Virus record (IMG/VR): IMGVR_UViG_3300038412_000083
Span: 1 to 64,000 of that record
DNA length: 64,000 nucleotides
Strand: one strand, 5' to 3'
Origin: a virus
Taxonomy: Duplodnaviria; Caudoviricetes
Shown here: in pieces, positions 38,850-49,127 of the stretch
Position numbering within the stretch: position 1 is the first letter of the stretch
How the letters are laid out: each line of letters begins with the position of its first letter
Notes under the pieces: generated by a model
Databases searched by the model: none
What the model was told of the DNA's origin: nothing
The model's input: only the letters and a program-made list of their open reading frames with translations
Program-made: the position numbers and the translations under genes

Positions 38850-41800
38850 AAACCCGATGCCCGATGGAATCAACAAAACTTACATTAACGGCTTTTAGTT
38901 GCACTATTGAGGAAGTCCAAAACTCTATTAAAACATAAACATAAGTTCCTCTTAACTTATCGCCGGTAAATAGTTTTTCATCATAAGTACCGGCACTGTT
39001 CGGTGATAATCTATCTCTCAAAGCGGAAGCGTAAAATATACCTTCTTTTTCAGTGAAGTCGGCAGTCACAAAATCAGAACTTTGTATGTCAGGGTATTCA
39101 GTCCTGAAATGTACGTAATCAGGGCTTACATTTGCCTCTACTGATATAGCTGATAGTACTTTCGGTTTAGAAGGTTCAGCATTGATAGCAAACATTATCC
39201 GTGCCTTCTGTTGCACTCCACTAAAATTATTATAGAGTGATGTTTGATTGCACTGATAAATGTTCCCGGCATTAAAATAAAATAACTTATTTGCTATTGA
39301 TATGAAAGATTCTGCATTAAAAGAATAACTGCCCATAAATGCCCCCTGAAATGAAAAGTATTCAGTACCATAAGAACGCATACCTACAAATTCACCTTTT
39401 AATACGATTGTCTTTCCCTGAAAGTCCAAAAGGTCATAAGGGTAGTCCATACTTATATCGGCAATAGTTCCGTTAGGATTATCGCCTATCTTTGGAATGC
39501 TCCAAAGCATTTCTTTGTGGTAAATATCTACACCACCTATTATCAATGGGCGGTTTCCTAAAGCCTCTATTTCAGCAGATGTCAAACTTTTATACTGATC
39601 AGAATATAATTTAGCAAACCTTTCTGTTCTTCCTTTATTTAGAGAGTGAACACCACTGGAAGAATAAAATGCCCAACAACCGGCATTGGCATCAAACCAA
39701 AATACACCACCCCTGTATTCTACAACACTTTCAGGATTTATAGTGCCATAGCCGCCTTTAAGAGGGTTTATCTGCCCTATCGTGTTACTGGATTGAGCAA
39801 TAGCAGTATTTTCTCCGGTAGCACTTGTCAAAACACTTTCTCCCAGGTAAACAGAAAGGGTTTTATTTTCACATATAGCCAGCATGATTGAACCTTCGGC
39901 CTTAGTTTTTGAGGTAAGGATAAGTTTTCTTAACGCACCATTCTCTATTGAGATATTATCGGTATTTAAAGGTTGAAAAGAACCTAACCCGTTTACTTTT
40001 GTTCCTTCAATGTAAGTGTCACTAAATGCGATAGATCCTTTGATTAATTTTTGCCCGATACTATCTACTTCATTCGGCCACCCTGAATCAGTTTGCCATA
40101 TCTGCCATACCAAATCATTTGGTGACATAGCTTCAACAAAATAAACGCTGGCGCCGTTATTTCTTTCAAAAGCATAACAGTCGCCGTTTATCTGACCACT
40201 AAGGGAAGAATAAGTACGGCTTGAAGTTCCGGGGAGTAATATAGGCATTACATCTCCTGTTTCATAGAAAGGTTCTGTAACGGACGCTTTATAAGGTGTG
40301 TAAATTTCAACAAGAAATTGTACGGTTCCTGTGAGATCACCTACATCTGTTGGATGACAAAGAACATTATTACCGTCAGTTCCCAAAACGGGAATAGTTA
40401 CCGAAGTGCCGTCACTTTTATAGATTATAAGAAAATCACCGTCATTGTAAGTATATCCAAGACCGTTAGAAATAAGTTGTGTCAGATCAAAAGATACCGC
40501 GTAATTCGTGTTTATCGCCCACGTTGTTTGATTATAAGTTAATACTCCTGAAGTAGATTTTGTAACATAAGAACTCTTTGGTGAGTTAATTTGCTCAAAG
40601 AATCGAGTAGTTTGATTTTTAGTTATCTGTATCTGGTAATAATAAGCCCAATCCGGTATCTCTGTTAAAGCACCAGCATTACTTAATGTCCATGCTAGTA
40701 TAGAAGAAAAGACTGATTGATTATAAGTCCGTACCGGAATAGTTGAACTTATGTAGTTTTTAACTATACCGCATTTCCTTCTAAACCTGTCATAAAAAGC
40801 AATAGAAGTTCTGTAAGTAGAGTTTGATTTAAAAAACTGTAATAACGAAGATGTAGGTGCAGCGACAATAATAGTACAGTCCGGCCCTAAGTCAGTAAAT
40901 GTCACAGATGAATAAGACCACAAAGCACCTGCAGGTACATTAACATTATTCCTTATTATGTAGTAAGCAAGGTTTATTTCTGTGTTCCACGATGTTATTG
41001 CGTCGGAGGCGTTAAGAGACGTTCCTCCCACCATAGGGCCGTAATAGTAAGAAGAAGTCGCAAGCGTAGCAACATAAACGTAAGGTAGTGATTTATCAAT
41101 TAAAACAGAAGGCGCATCAGGGTAGTAATATTTAAGGTTCATATCCTTGTACCGACCAGCGTAAGAACCCGACCCCCCTGTATCAAATGTTTGTACGGTA
41201 ACCCCAAGACTTGAAGCCGAAGGTGTATTATATCCAAACAAGTTATGCCCAAGAAAAATCCGGTTTTTTGCTACTGATAAAGTTTCAGATAGTAAGGGTA
41301 CGCTATCAAAAGGAGTGTTAGCCGAAACATCATCAAGTGCTATCCCAGAAAGATCATCGTAAAAACCAAAACTAAGAGCAGTACCGGCATTGTGAGCCGT
41401 AATAGCTGCAGTATCAGAGGTTTTATCCCATGACTTTACTATAAACGTCTTTCCGAAATTGCCGTACTTAACACAAACATCTATCGCAAAAATATCATCA
41501 TCAATATACTCTGTTGTGGGTACGGTTACTGTGATCTTATTAAAGGTTTCAGAGTTTCCATTAAAGGAAACAAGTCGTGAATAAGTAGATAAAACAGAAT
41601 TTTGATAATCTCTATATCTGTACCTGTAAGAAAACTGGTAAGCATTCTTAGCAATAAAATTATTCGGGTAGCCAGCATCCGTACTCTTTGCCCATGTAAG
41701 AGGAAATATCGGAGGCCGCTTTATTAAAGTGGTAGTGGTGTACTTTATCGGAGTAGCATAAGCCGCTTCGGTAGTAACGTAAGAAGAATGGTTGAGTTTT

Positions 41801-42252
41801 ATTCCGGCCTCAACGTTGATACACTTCTGTTCCTGATTGTTGTCAGTCCATATAAGAAGATTTCCTACTACTTCTGCAGAGTGAATGTAAAAATCTTTAT
41901 CTAAATTAAGACCACCTTCAACCTGTGCATCCAGTAAAACTTTATAAACCGTTGTACCATCATAACAGTATATCGCATGATAACCTGTTTGGTTCCAAAC
42001 AAATTGATAAAATCTTTGCCGGGCATTATCTTCTACCGAACCATTACATAAGGAAGTTCCATAAGGAGATGTTGGAAGTAGGTAAGGATTTGTAACAAGG
42101 AGTGAAGAACCTATGGATTCCATTTGTCCAGTACGCCCTTTATCGGTAGAACCCATCCTCATATTTTGAAGATTCATATAGTCTGTCGGCTGTAACTTTT
42201 GCGGAGCAACATCACTATTTAAACCACCCGAGAAGTCAGTTTTTATTGTCAT
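38848..42252 (-). CDS. Tail nozzle/muzzle (P22 gp10-like stabilisation protein)
   Basis: N-terminal DFSGGLNSD...LQNMR motif; 1134 aa, beta-propeller-like; follows the ring proteins. Confidence 0.75.
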   Translation of the reverse strand: MTIKTDFSGGLNSDVAPQKLQPTDYMNLQNMRMGSTDKGRTGQMESIGSSLLVTNPYLLPTSPYGTSLCNGSVEDNARQRFYQFVWNQTGYHAIYCYDGTTVYKVLLDAQVEGGLNLDKDFYIHSAEVVGNLLIWTDNNQEQKCINVEAGIKLNHSSYVTTEAAYATPIKYTTTTLIKRPPIFPLTWAKSTDAGYPNNFIAKNAYQFSYRYRYRDYQNSVLSTYSRLVSFNGNSETFNKITVTVPTTEYIDDDIFAIDVCVKYGNFGKTFIVKSWDKTSDTAAITAHNAGTALSFGFYDDLSGIALDDVSANTPFDSVPLLSETLSVAKNRIFLGHNLFGYNTPSASSLGVTVQTFDTGGSGSYAGRYKDMNLKYYYPDAPSVLIDKSLPYVYVATLATSSYYYGPMVGGTSLNASDAITSWNTEINLAYYIIRNNVNVPAGALWSYSSVTFTDLGPDCTIIVAAPTSSLLQFFKSNSTYRTSIAFYDRFRRKCGIVKNYISSTIPVRTYNQSVFSSILAWTLSNAGALTEIPDWAYYYQIQITKNQTTRFFEQINSPKSSYVTKSTSGVLTYNQTTWAINTNYAVSFDLTQLISNGLGYTYNDGDFLIIYKSDGTSVTIPVLGTDGNNVLCHPTDVGDLTGTVQFLVEIYTPYKASVTEPFYETGDVMPILLPGTSSRTYSSLSGQINGDCYAFERNNGASVYFVEAMSPNDLVWQIWQTDSGWPNEVDSIGQKLIKGSIAFSDTYIEGTKVNGLGSFQPLNTDNISIENGALRKLILTSKTKAEGSIMLAICENKTLSVYLGESVLTSATGENTAIAQSSNTIGQINPLKGGYGTINPESVVEYRGGVFWFDANAGCWAFYSSSGVHSLNKGRTERFAKLYSDQYKSLTSAEIEALGNRPLIIGGVDIYHKEMLWSIPKIGDNPNGTIADISMDYPYDLLDFQGKTIVLKGEFVGMRSYGTEYFSFQGAFMGSYSFNAESFISIANKLFYFNAGNIYQCNQTSLYNNFSGVQQKARIMFAINAEPSKPKVLSAISVEANVSPDYVHFRTEYPDIQSSDFVTADFTEKEGIFYASALRDRLSPNSAGTYDEKLFTGDKLRGTYVYVLIEFWTSSIVQLKAVNVSFVDSIGHRV

Positions 42253-43001
42253 CCTTTTATAGTTGCAGAATATCCGGTTCTTACAATTCTTACATAGTCA
42301 TCTTTGGTAAGCCCATTCAATCGTGCTCTTAGTGTTCTCCTTTGCGATTCAAACTCTTTCTGCGCAAGCTGCCTTTCAGTAGGACTATAAGACCTGCTAT
42401 GTTCTTTAAACTGCCAGAAGATATAAGCCTCAATAGTTTTCTGAGCGTAAGGATGAATCATTGTAGCATTGTCAGAAGATTGCCCATCGCTGATATATTC
42501 TAAATAAATTGAAGGATCAGCAATAGACTGATCAATTTGGATGATTCCCCTTTCTCTGATTACTTTGTAACCGTCCGTAAGCCAGTCGGCACTAAAGCCA
42601 AAAAATCTTCCAAGAGGTTCATAGTCGTCAGTAAAATAATCGCTCTGTAATAAGAAAGGAATATAAGTCAGATCAACATTGTCCGGTGCAGGATAATTTA
42701 TAGGTTGTCCGCTACTGTTAAGGTCAGGCAATCTATTAATTGTATCTTTTTTTACCAAAGGCTTTACATATTGCCCTGTTGGTACACCTACTTTAATCAT
42801 GTCAACACAATCACAGGGAATATCAATGGTTCCTGTTGCGGAAACCGGAAGCATGATTGTATTAATATTTCTAAGAGAATCAAATGTTAATTCACGAAGG
42901 CAGTCGGAAGCACTCTTTAATCCTTGCAGATAAAAGTGTATTGGATATGACTTCTGCATCAAAGCACTACGAACAATATTGTCTAAGGTTTGAAATCTCA
43001 T
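42249..43001 (-). CDS. Tail ring/adaptor protein
   Basis: IDIPCDCVDMIKVG and LEYISDG resemble podovirus/crAss-like ring proteins. Confidence 0.6.
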   Translation of the reverse strand: MRFQTLDNIVRSALMQKSYPIHFYLQGLKSASDCLRELTFDSLRNINTIMLPVSATGTIDIPCDCVDMIKVGVPTGQYVKPLVKKDTINRLPDLNSSGQPINYPAPDNVDLTYIPFLLQSDYFTDDYEPLGRFFGFSADWLTDGYKVIRERGIIQIDQSIADPSIYLEYISDGQSSDNATMIHPYAQKTIEAYIFWQFKEHSRSYSPTERQLAQKEFESQRRTLRARLNGLTKDDYVRIVRTGYSATIKG

Positions 43002-43645
43002 TGTTGTTGTGTTTGTGGTGAACGTTCAGAAGATGGATCTACGATTTTACTTCCAGGCATTTGAGAAGCGAATAATTGAAAACATTCCTTCGCTACCAAC
43101 CCTTCCATATCCGCAGGTATAGGCAGAAGGTCATAATCATCATACTTAGAAATATCCATTACCACCAACCCGACAATTATCGTAACACCTACTTCAGTAG
43201 TTAAGTCAACATTGAAAACAAGATCATTACCGTAAGGAGTATAAACCACTTGTCCTAATACACCACTTATCAATCTTTCACCTTTTATTAAAGCTAATTG
43301 GCCGTTTTGCGCAGGGATAAATCCGTTGTCAATGTCTGCAGTCCTGCTTACATGGAATATTCCCATATTGCGAGGTAGTGCAACCGGAGTAGCCGGTAAT
43401 GTTATTTTTGAAACCGTTTTATATTGAACTGGGACAATACCGTCATAGTAAGTAAGCATACAACCTTCGGGGATAGTTTCACCGGACGGCATATTTACGC
43501 TTAAATGTTCCTGCTTAAAATGAGTATTTATAGACTGCCCTACGGCCTCCATAATATCTTCCATCTCAATAGAAGTAGCCGCTTTAATATTTCCTCCTTT
43601 AAGTAAGAGAAGAACTTGTTCCGCTATTTTATATTTCGAGGTCAT
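42998..43645 (-). CDS. Tail ring/adaptor protein
   Basis: Position and size within the ring-protein trio. Confidence 0.55.
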   Translation of the reverse strand: MTSKYKIAEQVLLLLKGGNIKAATSIEMEDIMEAVGQSINTHFKQEHLSVNMPSGETIPEGCMLTYYDGIVPVQYKTVSKITLPATPVALPRNMGIFHVSRTADIDNGFIPAQNGQLALIKGERLISGVLGQVVYTPYGNDLVFNVDLTTEVGVTIIVGLVVMDISKYDDYDLLPIPADMEGLVAKECFQLFASQMPGSKIVDPSSERSPQTQQQ

Positions 43646-44310
43646 TAGTTTACTTCTTTACTTTTTAAGTCAGCGAATTGAGCAACCGTTTGATCTTGTG
43701 CATTTACTCCGAGGTATTCTAAAGCCCTTATCATTATTTCACCTATCTCACTTTCACCCCATTCAAGCTGTACGGAGTTTGTTGGATCGTAGGTTATCAC
43801 CCTTCCAACTTGTGTATAAGCAAACTTTGGTACGGCTGGCCTTCTTAAATAGAAGATTGTTCCGGCCATAGATGTTTTAGGATAAAGCTGAATCAAAGTA
43901 ATACCCGATACTTTTCCGTATATAGTGGCGAACGGTTTAGATGTACTAACAGGACGTAGCTTAGATTCAAGCCTGTAAGCAACTTCATCTTCTGAAAGAA
44001 TTTTTAATGATTTGTTCCTTGTATTGCCATTTATTACCACTGTAACATAGCCTCCGGTCATATACATATAATCAGAAGTAAGCGTAATAACACCGGAAGG
44101 CGTATCAGATGTAAGAAAATTGTATGTTACCTTAAAAGGCGAAAGGCTATCTTGTAGTTTTTCAGCCAGTGCATAATAAGAGTATTCAGAATTAAAGTAT
44201 GCTATTTGTGCCCTATCAAGACTTCTATCAATCTCATCAGAAGTGAAATAATTGTCGATCGACTTATCCGCGATAAAGTTTATCCACTTATGTACATCTT
44301 CGATTGTCAT
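43645..44310 (-). CDS. Head-tail connector/ring protein
   Basis: EIDRSLDRAQ...YLRRPAVP...EIMIRALEYLGV pattern. Confidence 0.6.
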   Translation of the reverse strand: MTIEDVHKWINFIADKSIDNYFTSDEIDRSLDRAQIAYFNSEYSYYALAEKLQDSLSPFKVTYNFLTSDTPSGVITLTSDYMYMTGGYVTVVINGNTRNKSLKILSEDEVAYRLESKLRPVSTSKPFATIYGKVSGITLIQLYPKTSMAGTIFYLRRPAVPKFAYTQVGRVITYDPTNSVQLEWGESEIGEIMIRALEYLGVNAQDQTVAQFADLKSKEVN

Positions 44311-44882
44311 AGTTTGGCAAGGATTCTTGTTTCGTGTAAAATGTAATACTCCCTTCCAAAAAGTTCATAGGTTTCAACATAACTCTTATCAAAGAAGATA
44401 ACATCGTCTCTCTTATGTTTTTTTGCTGCCACAACTCTTGCCTGTCCTATAAGTTTTACCTTTTTTAGGTAATCAGGTACAATTAAAGTTGAGGTAGTTT
44501 CTTCTTCAATAAAATCCAGTAAAACATAGCCGTTAAGCATTTCCATTTGATCGTCCCTTACCCTGAAATAAATGTGTTCAGGCGCTACCATCCATACCTT
44601 TTTACCTTTACGAAAGAGAAGGTTTTTATGAATGTCGGTATCGCGGTCTCTTTGGATTTTATCTTCAATTACCTGATAAGAAAAGTATATTTGATCACCT
44701 TCGGTTACGTCAATGTCATTGAATTTTGGAACACGGGTAACAACACCATTTGTTTGTGCATAAAACTCAGGATGGAATGAAGTATCGCGGTACAATACAA
44801 TACCGGACTTAGTTTGTACTTCATCCATGTAAGCCTTTTCAAGCTGTACTAAAAATTTTTTAAGTGCTTGCATATCTTCCAA
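44307..44882 (-). CDS. GroES-like co-chaperonin (two-domain)
   Basis: EVQTKSGIVL...GVV...EGDQIYF in the first half; TSTLIVP...ARVVA...DVIFF...YYILHETRILAKL in the second. Confidence 0.6.
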   Translation of the reverse strand: MEDMQALKKFLVQLEKAYMDEVQTKSGIVLYRDTSFHPEFYAQTNGVVTRVPKFNDIDVTEGDQIYFSYQVIEDKIQRDRDTDIHKNLLFRKGKKVWMVAPEHIYFRVRDDQMEMLNGYVLLDFIEEETTSTLIVPDYLKKVKLIGQARVVAAKKHKRDDVIFFDKSYVETYELFGREYYILHETRILAKL

Positions 44883-44883
44883 A

Positions 44884-44937
44884 CAAAGTTATAATTAGCG
44901 GTATAATATGTATCGCAAAATAAGGGGAGAAAAATTT
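44884..44937 (-). promoter_or_regulatory. Late promoter, copy 5
   Basis: AAATTTTTCTCCCCTTATTTT...TACA-TAT-TATA-N10-TAACTTTG, 54 bp. Confidence 0.75.
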
Positions 44938-44997
44938 TGTTTGTATCGGTACATAGTGTACCTTAGCTGCTTCAATTCACAACTAAACTTTTTAATT

Positions 44998-45858
44998 ATG
45001 TTTAATCTCAAAAAAAAGATCGTGGATTCTTTTAAAGATCCAAATGTTTTAATCGCAGAAATTCATGAAGAATTTGATTCATCAACCGAAAGACTTCTAT
45101 CCGAAGCAAAAGAAATCCTATCGAAAAGCGATACAAATAAAATCGCCAAAGCAGACCGGCTAAAAAGCATCGGCTTTTCAAGTGCCAAAACAGTCGCAGA
45201 AGCGCAGCAACAAGTAAATGATGTTGCTAAAAGCAAAGAGCTTTCTGAAAATATCATGTACTTCAAACAATGGTATCCATTCAATAAGTTCATTAACGAA
45301 GCCGAGGTAGAGCGTATCTGTAAAAAATACGGTTTGCTTTGTGGGGAAGCCAGTAAATACATCGGCGATATTCCTGAAAAGAATTTATCCGAAATAGAAG
45401 GGTTTAAATTGAGGCAGGAAGATATGGTTGTCCGGTATTCACCAAACTATAGTATAGATAGAATAATGTATGAGCAGCAAATGTTATGGGAAAGAAGGCT
45501 TAATGAGCAAACACAAAGAAACGCATTAATGGCTTCTAATTCATTTGGTAACCTACTTGGTGGTGTTTCCAGTATTGGCAATTCTATAAATTCAGTTGGT
45601 TCAAGTGCTCCGATATACTCAGCATTGGAACAAGCTAACTTTGGCGAACGTGAGAAGACCCACGTAAAACCTGAATTTAAAATTTGTGCTCCTGTAAAAG
45701 ATTTTGATACCAAATGGATGCGTGTTGAAGATGGTTACAAACTATCTAACGTACCTGACCCAATAGTTTTGCAGCCAGTAAAAGGAGGCTACTTAATTGT
45801 AAGCAAATGGGGACTTGAAGGAGAAGATAAAGAACTAGTGAACGAGGTTTTGAATTGA
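44998..45858 (+). CDS. Conserved phage protein (DPIVLQPVKGGYLIVSKWG motif)
   Basis: Likely start MFNLKKK at 44998; the upstream extension overlaps the promoter. Confidence 0.75.
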   Translation: MFNLKKKIVDSFKDPNVLIAEIHEEFDSSTERLLSEAKEILSKSDTNKIAKADRLKSIGFSSAKTVAEAQQQVNDVAKSKELSENIMYFKQWYPFNKFINEAEVERICKKYGLLCGEASKYIGDIPEKNLSEIEGFKLRQEDMVVRYSPNYSIDRIMYEQQMLWERRLNEQTQRNALMASNSFGNLLGGVSSIGNSINSVGSSAPIYSALEQANFGEREKTHVKPEFKICAPVKDFDTKWMRVEDGYKLSNVPDPIVLQPVKGGYLIVSKWGLEGEDKELVNEVLN

Positions 45859-45867
45859 TAAATGGCG

Positions 45868-45892
45868 AGCCATCCGAAAGGGTGGCTTTTTT
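45868..45892 (+). terminator. Intrinsic terminator
   Basis: AGCCATCC-GAAA-GGGTGGCT-TTTTT. Confidence 0.85.
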
Positions 45893-45958
45893 CATTAAAA
45901 TATTTTTTTATTTACGATACACTATGTATCTTTACCATCTAATTCAACTAAATAGATT

Positions 45959-46483
45959 TTGAGCAATCTTAATTTTTCCGGTGTGCAGGCTATTATCCTA
46001 CCTGATACACCACCTACACGGGTAAACGGCATCGTTATTCCTGATGAAGCCAGAAAGCCCACTAATACAGGAACTATAATCTCTATTGCTCCAAATGATA
46101 ATCTTAAAGACGGCGACCAAGTAGGGTTTAACTTCTACACTGGCTACCGATTTGAACATGAAGGAGTAAAATATTTATCTATTAATCACAATAATATCTT
46201 ATCAAAAGACATGATACCATTACACGCAAGGGTTTTTGTAGAACCCATAAAAGCAGAGAAATCATTATCCGAAGGCGGTGTAGTATTACTTGAGGATTCA
46301 GTTACCAGGGATGGCATAGTAGTATCTACCGGAAGTGGAACCAAAGATGACCCAATGTTACTTGGAGTGGGTGACTTAGTAACATACCCGAAGAACGCCG
46401 GAACAACAATCAAAGGGCTTTTACTGTTAAACCAAGCAGATATTATGTGCTTTGAGGACAGGCCTGAAACTGAAAACGAATAA
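45959..46483 (+). CDS. Tandem GroES (Cpn10) domain protein
   Basis: GIVIPDEARKPTNTGTIISI...DGDQV and PLHARVFVEP...SEGGVVL...GIVVSTGSG...VGDLV...LLNQADIM. Confidence 0.85.
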   Translation: MSNLNFSGVQAIILPDTPPTRVNGIVIPDEARKPTNTGTIISIAPNDNLKDGDQVGFNFYTGYRFEHEGVKYLSINHNNILSKDMIPLHARVFVEPIKAEKSLSEGGVVLLEDSVTRDGIVVSTGSGTKDDPMLLGVGDLVTYPKNAGTTIKGLLLLNQADIMCFEDRPETENE

Positions 46484-46636
46484 AATGAAATACTTCTATA
46501 TAATTTTCTCAATAATTTCATTAATAAATGCGGTAGTTTATCTGAATAACGATTATCTCTTTGCATTTTGGCTGACAGCATTTGTTATCTCTATGGGTAT
46601 AGAGGATATAATTACCGAGATAAAAAATCTGAAATA

Positions 46637-47176
46637 ATGGTACACATAATCAACATACCATACAGAAGTGAAAGAAAAAGAATAGTGGAGCAGGAAATGA
46701 TTCAGCAGGGAATAACTGACTACCGTTTTTGGGATGGCATTGTTGATAATCCTGTATGTAAAGGCGTATCAAAAGCACACAAGCAGATAGTGGCCTATGC
46801 CAAACAATATGAACTTCCTGAGATAACGATTGCAGAGGATGATATTAAATTTCCTGCAGAAGATGGTTATGAATACTTTCTCAGTAAGAAACCGGAAGAT
46901 TTTGACCTTTATTTAGGGGGAATATACAGGGGAGAAATTAAAGACGGTAAAACAACCGACTTTTCTTCGCTTCACCTGTACATTATTAAAGCAAAGTTCT
47001 ACGATACTTTCTTAGGCATTGATGAAACAAAACATTTGGACACCGAACTTGCCGGTAAAGGAGATTACCACGTTTGTTACCCCTTCGCAGCTATTCAACA
47101 CAATGGGTACAGCGATGTAGAGCGAGGTAAAACCAATTTCGACAACTTATTAAAAGGCAAACTAATACACCAATGA
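46637..47176 (+). CDS. Glycosyltransferase (GT25-like)
   Basis: Start MVHIINIPYRSERK; GVSKAHK and IAEDDIKF motifs. Confidence 0.7.
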   Translation: MVHIINIPYRSERKRIVEQEMIQQGITDYRFWDGIVDNPVCKGVSKAHKQIVAYAKQYELPEITIAEDDIKFPAEDGYEYFLSKKPEDFDLYLGGIYRGEIKDGKTTDFSSLHLYIIKAKFYDTFLGIDETKHLDTELAGKGDYHVCYPFAAIQHNGYSDVERGKTNFDNLLKGKLIHQ

Positions 47177-47868
47177 AATCAATAGATGCTATTATTGTTT
47201 CTGATGCAAAGAATGAAGGACTAAGGCGATTGACACAGCAAACTATTGACACGGCTACAGATAGCGAAAAGAATGTAGAGGTAAATATTATTGTAATAGA
47301 GAAGCAAGACTGTAAATTTTTTAATGCTCTTACAATAAAACAGGAAGGAGAATTTTGCTACAATAAATATCTTAACCAGGGAGCGGCATTAGGTAGTTCA
47401 GAATATATAGCATTTTGTAATAACGATTTAATATTTATTGACAATTGGGCGACAAAAATAATAGAAGCGATGGAAGAACACAATGTAAGTTCTGCCTGTC
47501 CTTATAGCCCTATTTCAAACTTTGAAAATAAAACCGGAATAGGTGAAAATACCGGAGTTCACTTTGGTTACGAGGTAAGAAAAGAGTTTGTCGGATGGTG
47601 CATTGTTTGGAAAAGAAGCCTTTGGGATAAAATGAAACTTGATGAAGGAGTAAAGTTTTGGGCCAGCGACAATGCAACTGCGAAAATTCTTATGAACGCT
47701 GGGGAAAAGCATATTTTAGTTACCAACTCAGTAGTTCATCATGTAGAAAACGGGAGTAATACATTAAACACAATTGAACCTACTAAAAAAGATGAATTGA
47801 TGCACCGGCAGATTAAAATATACAACCGGCTTTACAACGACAATTATTTCAACTTAGGAACAGAATGA
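47173..47868 (+). CDS. Glycosyltransferase (GT-A/GT2-like)
   Basis: FCYNKYLNQG...IAFCNNDLIF...FWASDN. Confidence 0.8.
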   Translation: MKSIDAIIVSDAKNEGLRRLTQQTIDTATDSEKNVEVNIIVIEKQDCKFFNALTIKQEGEFCYNKYLNQGAALGSSEYIAFCNNDLIFIDNWATKIIEAMEEHNVSSACPYSPISNFENKTGIGENTGVHFGYEVRKEFVGWCIVWKRSLWDKMKLDEGVKFWASDNATAKILMNAGEKHILVTNSVVHHVENGSNTLNTIEPTKKDELMHRQIKIYNRLYNDNYFNLGTE

Positions 47869-48455
47869 AATCAGTAACGGTAATAATAGGTTGGTACGGT
47901 GACATAGCAATATGGAATCCTTTTATACAAAGGGCTTTGTGGTCGGTATTGAACCAATCTATTCCTGCTGACAGGATTTTAATAAGCAAAGGAGATTATT
48001 TACAAGACGCAAGGAACGCCGGACTAAATGTTGATACGCAGTATATTATTTTTCTTGACGCTGATGACGAACTTGATTACCACTACATAAAGTCAATGCT
48101 CAGTGGTGAAGGAGATATAAGAGTTCCTTTTGTTAGGAATATTTACCCAGATGGAACAATTTCCGACGATCAACGGTGGTACACACCAAAGAATTTAATT
48201 GAAGGACAGAATTATATAGTCATTGGCCCGATGATAAATACTGAATTATTCAAAAAGGCAGGAGGATTTAGAAATTTACCTTCACTCGAAGACTACGATT
48301 TATGGCTAAGGATGGAAGAAGCCGGTGCCGTCATTAAGCAATGTACCAACGCAATTTACAAAGTACATCAAAGAGAGAATAGCCGGAGTAAAGATCAGAA
48401 CGCAATCTTAAACCAAATTGTTTCAGAAGCAAAACAAAGGAGGAAAATAGCATGA
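47865..48455 (+). CDS. Glycosyltransferase (GT2)
   Basis: ARNAGL...IIFLDADDEL...GGF...EDYDLWLR. Confidence 0.9.
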   Translation: MKSVTVIIGWYGDIAIWNPFIQRALWSVLNQSIPADRILISKGDYLQDARNAGLNVDTQYIIFLDADDELDYHYIKSMLSGEGDIRVPFVRNIYPDGTISDDQRWYTPKNLIEGQNYIVIGPMINTELFKKAGGFRNLPSLEDYDLWLRMEEAGAVIKQCTNAIYKVHQRENSRSKDQNAILNQIVSEAKQRRKIA

Positions 48456-49123
48456 AAAACGTTTCACTTGTAATAATCACCGACGGAAGGTTGGAGTATT
48501 TGGAAAAAACAATGAACTCTTTATACAATAATGTGAAATATCCTTTTGTAGAGAAGATTATCGTAAATGATTGTATAGATATAAGATTTAGAAATAAGGT
48601 AAAGGAACTTGCAGATATTTATTCCTTTTTTACAATTAACCACAATACAAAAATGGGATTTGCCAGAGTTTACAACACCGCATGGAAAAGAATTTGGCCA
48701 TCATCAGACTTCGTTTTCAGCACTGAGGATGACTTTACCTTCAATGAAGAAATTGATGTAGAGAAAATGATTGAAATTTTGGAGTACGATAGAAACTTAG
48801 TTCAGGTAGCCTTAAAACGTCAGGCATGGAATGAAGAAGAAAAGAAAGCCGGAGGAATAGTTGAGCTGTGGCCTGATCAGTACGAAGAAAAAAACGTAGG
48901 TGATTTATCATGGACTGAACACAGGCAGTTTTTTACCACCAATCCAAGTCTGATATCAAAATGGGTGATTGACAGAGGGTGGCCGTTGGTTCCTGATAGT
49001 GAAGGCATATTTACTCATGAACTTTTTAAAAATCCTAATTACAAATCTTGCTTTTATGGCGGAAAATTTGATAAGCCAAAAGTGGAACACATTGGGATAA
49101 CCCGCGCAGGAATAAATTATTAA
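48452..49123 (+). CDS. Glycosyltransferase (GT-A/GT2-like)
   Basis: LVIITDGR...IIVND...FSTEDDF...VEHIG. Confidence 0.8.
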   Translation: MKNVSLVIITDGRLEYLEKTMNSLYNNVKYPFVEKIIVNDCIDIRFRNKVKELADIYSFFTINHNTKMGFARVYNTAWKRIWPSSDFVFSTEDDFTFNEEIDVEKMIEILEYDRNLVQVALKRQAWNEEEKKAGGIVELWPDQYEEKNVGDLSWTEHRQFFTTNPSLISKWVIDRGWPLVPDSEGIFTHELFKNPNYKSCFYGGKFDKPKVEHIGITRAGINY

Positions 49124-49127
49124 AACT

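Noticed and set aside
7500-44900. Stop-codon reassignment as in some crAss-like phages
   Set aside because: All structural ORFs are full length and tightly packed under the standard code.
44908-44997. N-terminal extension of the 316-aa ORF
   Set aside because: It overlaps late promoter 5 and an operator box; MFNLKKK at 44998 has the better A-rich leader.
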